Position numbers and translations under genes: made by a program
Shown: positions 62,020-64,000 of the stretch, piece by piece
How positions within the stretch are numbered: position 1 is the first letter of the stretch
How the letters are laid out: each line of letters starts with the position of its first letter
Notes under the pieces: generated by a model
Database searches by the model: none
What the model saw: the letters and a program-made list of their open reading frames with translations, nothing else
What the model was told of the DNA's origin: nothing
NCBI GenBank assembly: GCA_024679065.1
Contig: JAGIQG010000006.1
Coordinates: forward strand, 78,988,001 to 79,052,000
From: Sphyrna mokarran
Lineage: Eukaryota
DNA length: 64,000 bases
Reading direction: 5' to 3'

Positions 62020-62845
62020 AATATCCTTGTAACTCCCACCTCTCTCTTACCTTCAGATAGTCCATCTCAGATGCTCTGAGATGCTCTGGGGATAAATTAC
62101 CCAGAATTATCAATAACAAGGCCACAAACTCTCACAGCCACTTGGATTACACTTTTTCTTGCCCTGCATCCTGCAAAATCTTCTTTACTATCATTCAAAC
62201 TTTCCATCTCTGACATGTCCCCAGAGATTTCAAAGTGCCTTCCTTTTCCCTCAGTCGAGATCCTCTCTCCTGACTACAGGGATCTCACCTCTATCTGTCC
62301 CATTTCCCAAAGTTGTGATCTCACCTTCCTCCTTCCTCCTAGAATGAGGATTGGATGCTCTTTGACCTCATCTTCATCCTATCAGTCTCTGCATTCATTG
62401 GGCCTTACTCTACTGATGCCACCATCTCTTGAGTTTTCCGATCACATTGCTCCCTTTCAGCATACCAAAGAATCCTGGAACACCCCTCCATCATCTCCAG
62501 CACTCCGTCATTTAAGGGCATCTGTCCTTTCAGCACATTTATTCATCTCATCCAAGTCTGAAACACTTCCTTCTGAATGAAAGTGTGATTTATTTGTAGT
62601 TCTTCCAACATATACTGTATATTGGCTCACAAAGCAGTACCCTCTACATGTTTGATTGCTTTGATGGCCACCCCTTTCTGTCCGCAGGTGTGACCATGAT
62701 CTTCTGGTCTCTTGTCATTTTAATTCTCTTTACTACTCCCACTTGGCCCCCTGCATTGTTCCAATGATGTTGAAGTTGAAATTTCCACAAGGCACTTTAC
62801 AGCTTTCTAGCTTTACCAATAATTTTGACAACTTCAGACTCTGAG
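62020..62845 (+). mobile_element. Decayed Penelope-like element (RT C-terminus / GIY-YIG region)
   Basis: KATNSHSHLDYT..CP.SCK remnant of YKPTDSHSYLDYTSSHP.SCK. Confidence 0.6.
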
Positions 62846-63164
62846 ACCTTGCTCCAGGGTGGAACTTCTGATAATGAAGAAAGGATTTCCAAAAGCTACT
62901 CAGAATGGGAGTGAGATAGGATGATACTTAGGCACTAGTTCATAGCTAGTGAGCAATCAGTGAGGAGGTCTGTAGTAGGTTCTACCTGCCTTCCTCCTTT
63001 CACATTTCTGAGTCACGGGAGCTTTCTCTGCCTTGTCAGATTTTTCAAACATCAGCATGTGGAAAATGACGGGAATCCAAAGGTCAACTGTTTGACTTTC
63101 CATTAGAAACAAAAATTGGGTGATGTGTAACAGCTTTTATTTAATCTGGGAGAACATGACAACA

Positions 63165-64000
63165 CAAGAAACAGGAGCAGTAGTAGGCCATCTAGCTCTT
63201 TGAGCCTGCCCCACCATTCAATAAGATCATGGCTGATCTGAAGTGGATCAGTTCCATTTTCCTGCTTTCTCCCCATAACCCTTAATTCCCTTGTCTATCA
63301 GAAATCTATCTACCCGTGACTTAAATATATTCAACCAGGTAGCCTTCACCACTTCAATGGGCAGGGAATTCCAGAGATTCACTCCTCAACTTTGTTCTAA
63401 ACTGCAACCCCCCCCCTTATTTTGAGGCTGCACCTTCTAGTTCTGCTTTCTAAGCAGGAAGAATCACTCTACCTCTACCCTATCTAGCCCCTTCATTATC
63501 TTGTAAGTCTCTATAAGATCCCCCCTCAGCCTTCTAAACTCCAATGAGAACAGGCATAGTCTATTCAATCTCTCTTCATAAGCTAACCCCCCTCATCTCC
63601 GGTATTAACCTGATGAACCTTCTCTGTACTCCCTCCAAGGCCAATATATCCTTTCGCAAATAAGGGAACCAAAACTGCACACAGTACTCCAGTTGCGGCC
63701 TCACCAATGCCTTGTACAGTTGCAGCAAGACCTCACTGCTTTTATATTCTATCCTCCTTACTATAAAGGCCAACGTTCCATTCGCCTTCTTGATCATCTG
63801 CTGCACTTGAAGACTGAGCTTTTGCGATTTGTGCATAAGAACCCCAGGTCTCTCTGCACAGTAGCATGCTGCAGCTTTTCACCCTTTAAGTAATAATCCC
63901 TCCTACTATTATTTCTTCCAAAGTGGATAACCTTACATTTGCTAATGTTATACTCCATCTGCCAGATCCTCGCCCACTCACTCGTCCTGTCCAGATCTCT
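63165..64000 (-). mobile_element. CR1 LINE 3' end (continues beyond the window)
   Basis: ORF 63576-63836: KKANGTLAFIVRRIEYKSSEVLLQLYKALVRPQLEYCVQFWFPYLRKDILALEGVQRRF. Confidence 0.95.

Noticed and set aside
40000-64000. Searched for LRRC2 coding exons expected from synteny
   Set aside because: No WETRVKKH-like or LRR-encoding exon found; any coding part must lie beyond the window
1-64000. Prokaryote-type systems (CRISPR arrays, operons, defence islands)
   Set aside because: The sequence is intron-containing vertebrate DNA with no regularly spaced repeat-spacer arrays

Overview
This is vertebrate nuclear DNA. Its repeats (HE1/V-SINE-type SINEs, CR1, L2, Tx1, Rex-Babar, Penelope-like and Harbinger-like elements) point to a shark, probably a carcharhiniform (inference). 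Two complete spliced minus-strand genes, both missed or only fragmentarily captured by the ORF track, were assembled by hand from GT-AG sites. The first is a 6-exon EGF-CFC gene (cripto/tdgf1/one-eyed-pinhead orthologue; CDS 39587->32980, 193 aa) with signal peptide, EGF-like domain, CFC domain and GPI signal. Downstream of it lies a 91-aa FAM240-family microprotein gene (CDS 23345->14479); this order matches human TDGF1-FAM240A as I recall it. The rest is mostly decayed transposable elements. Most notable observations: (1) gap-free similarity of the FAM240 helix to the N-terminus of LRRC2, the expected neighbour; (2) a His->Asp change at the ALK4-binding position of the Cripto CFC domain; (3) a triplicated UGUAAAU+UUUUAA module before the cripto poly(A) signal; (4) CTCF motifs bracketing cripto; (5) several local inverted or templated duplications. 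All family assignments rest on recalled sequences, not database searches.
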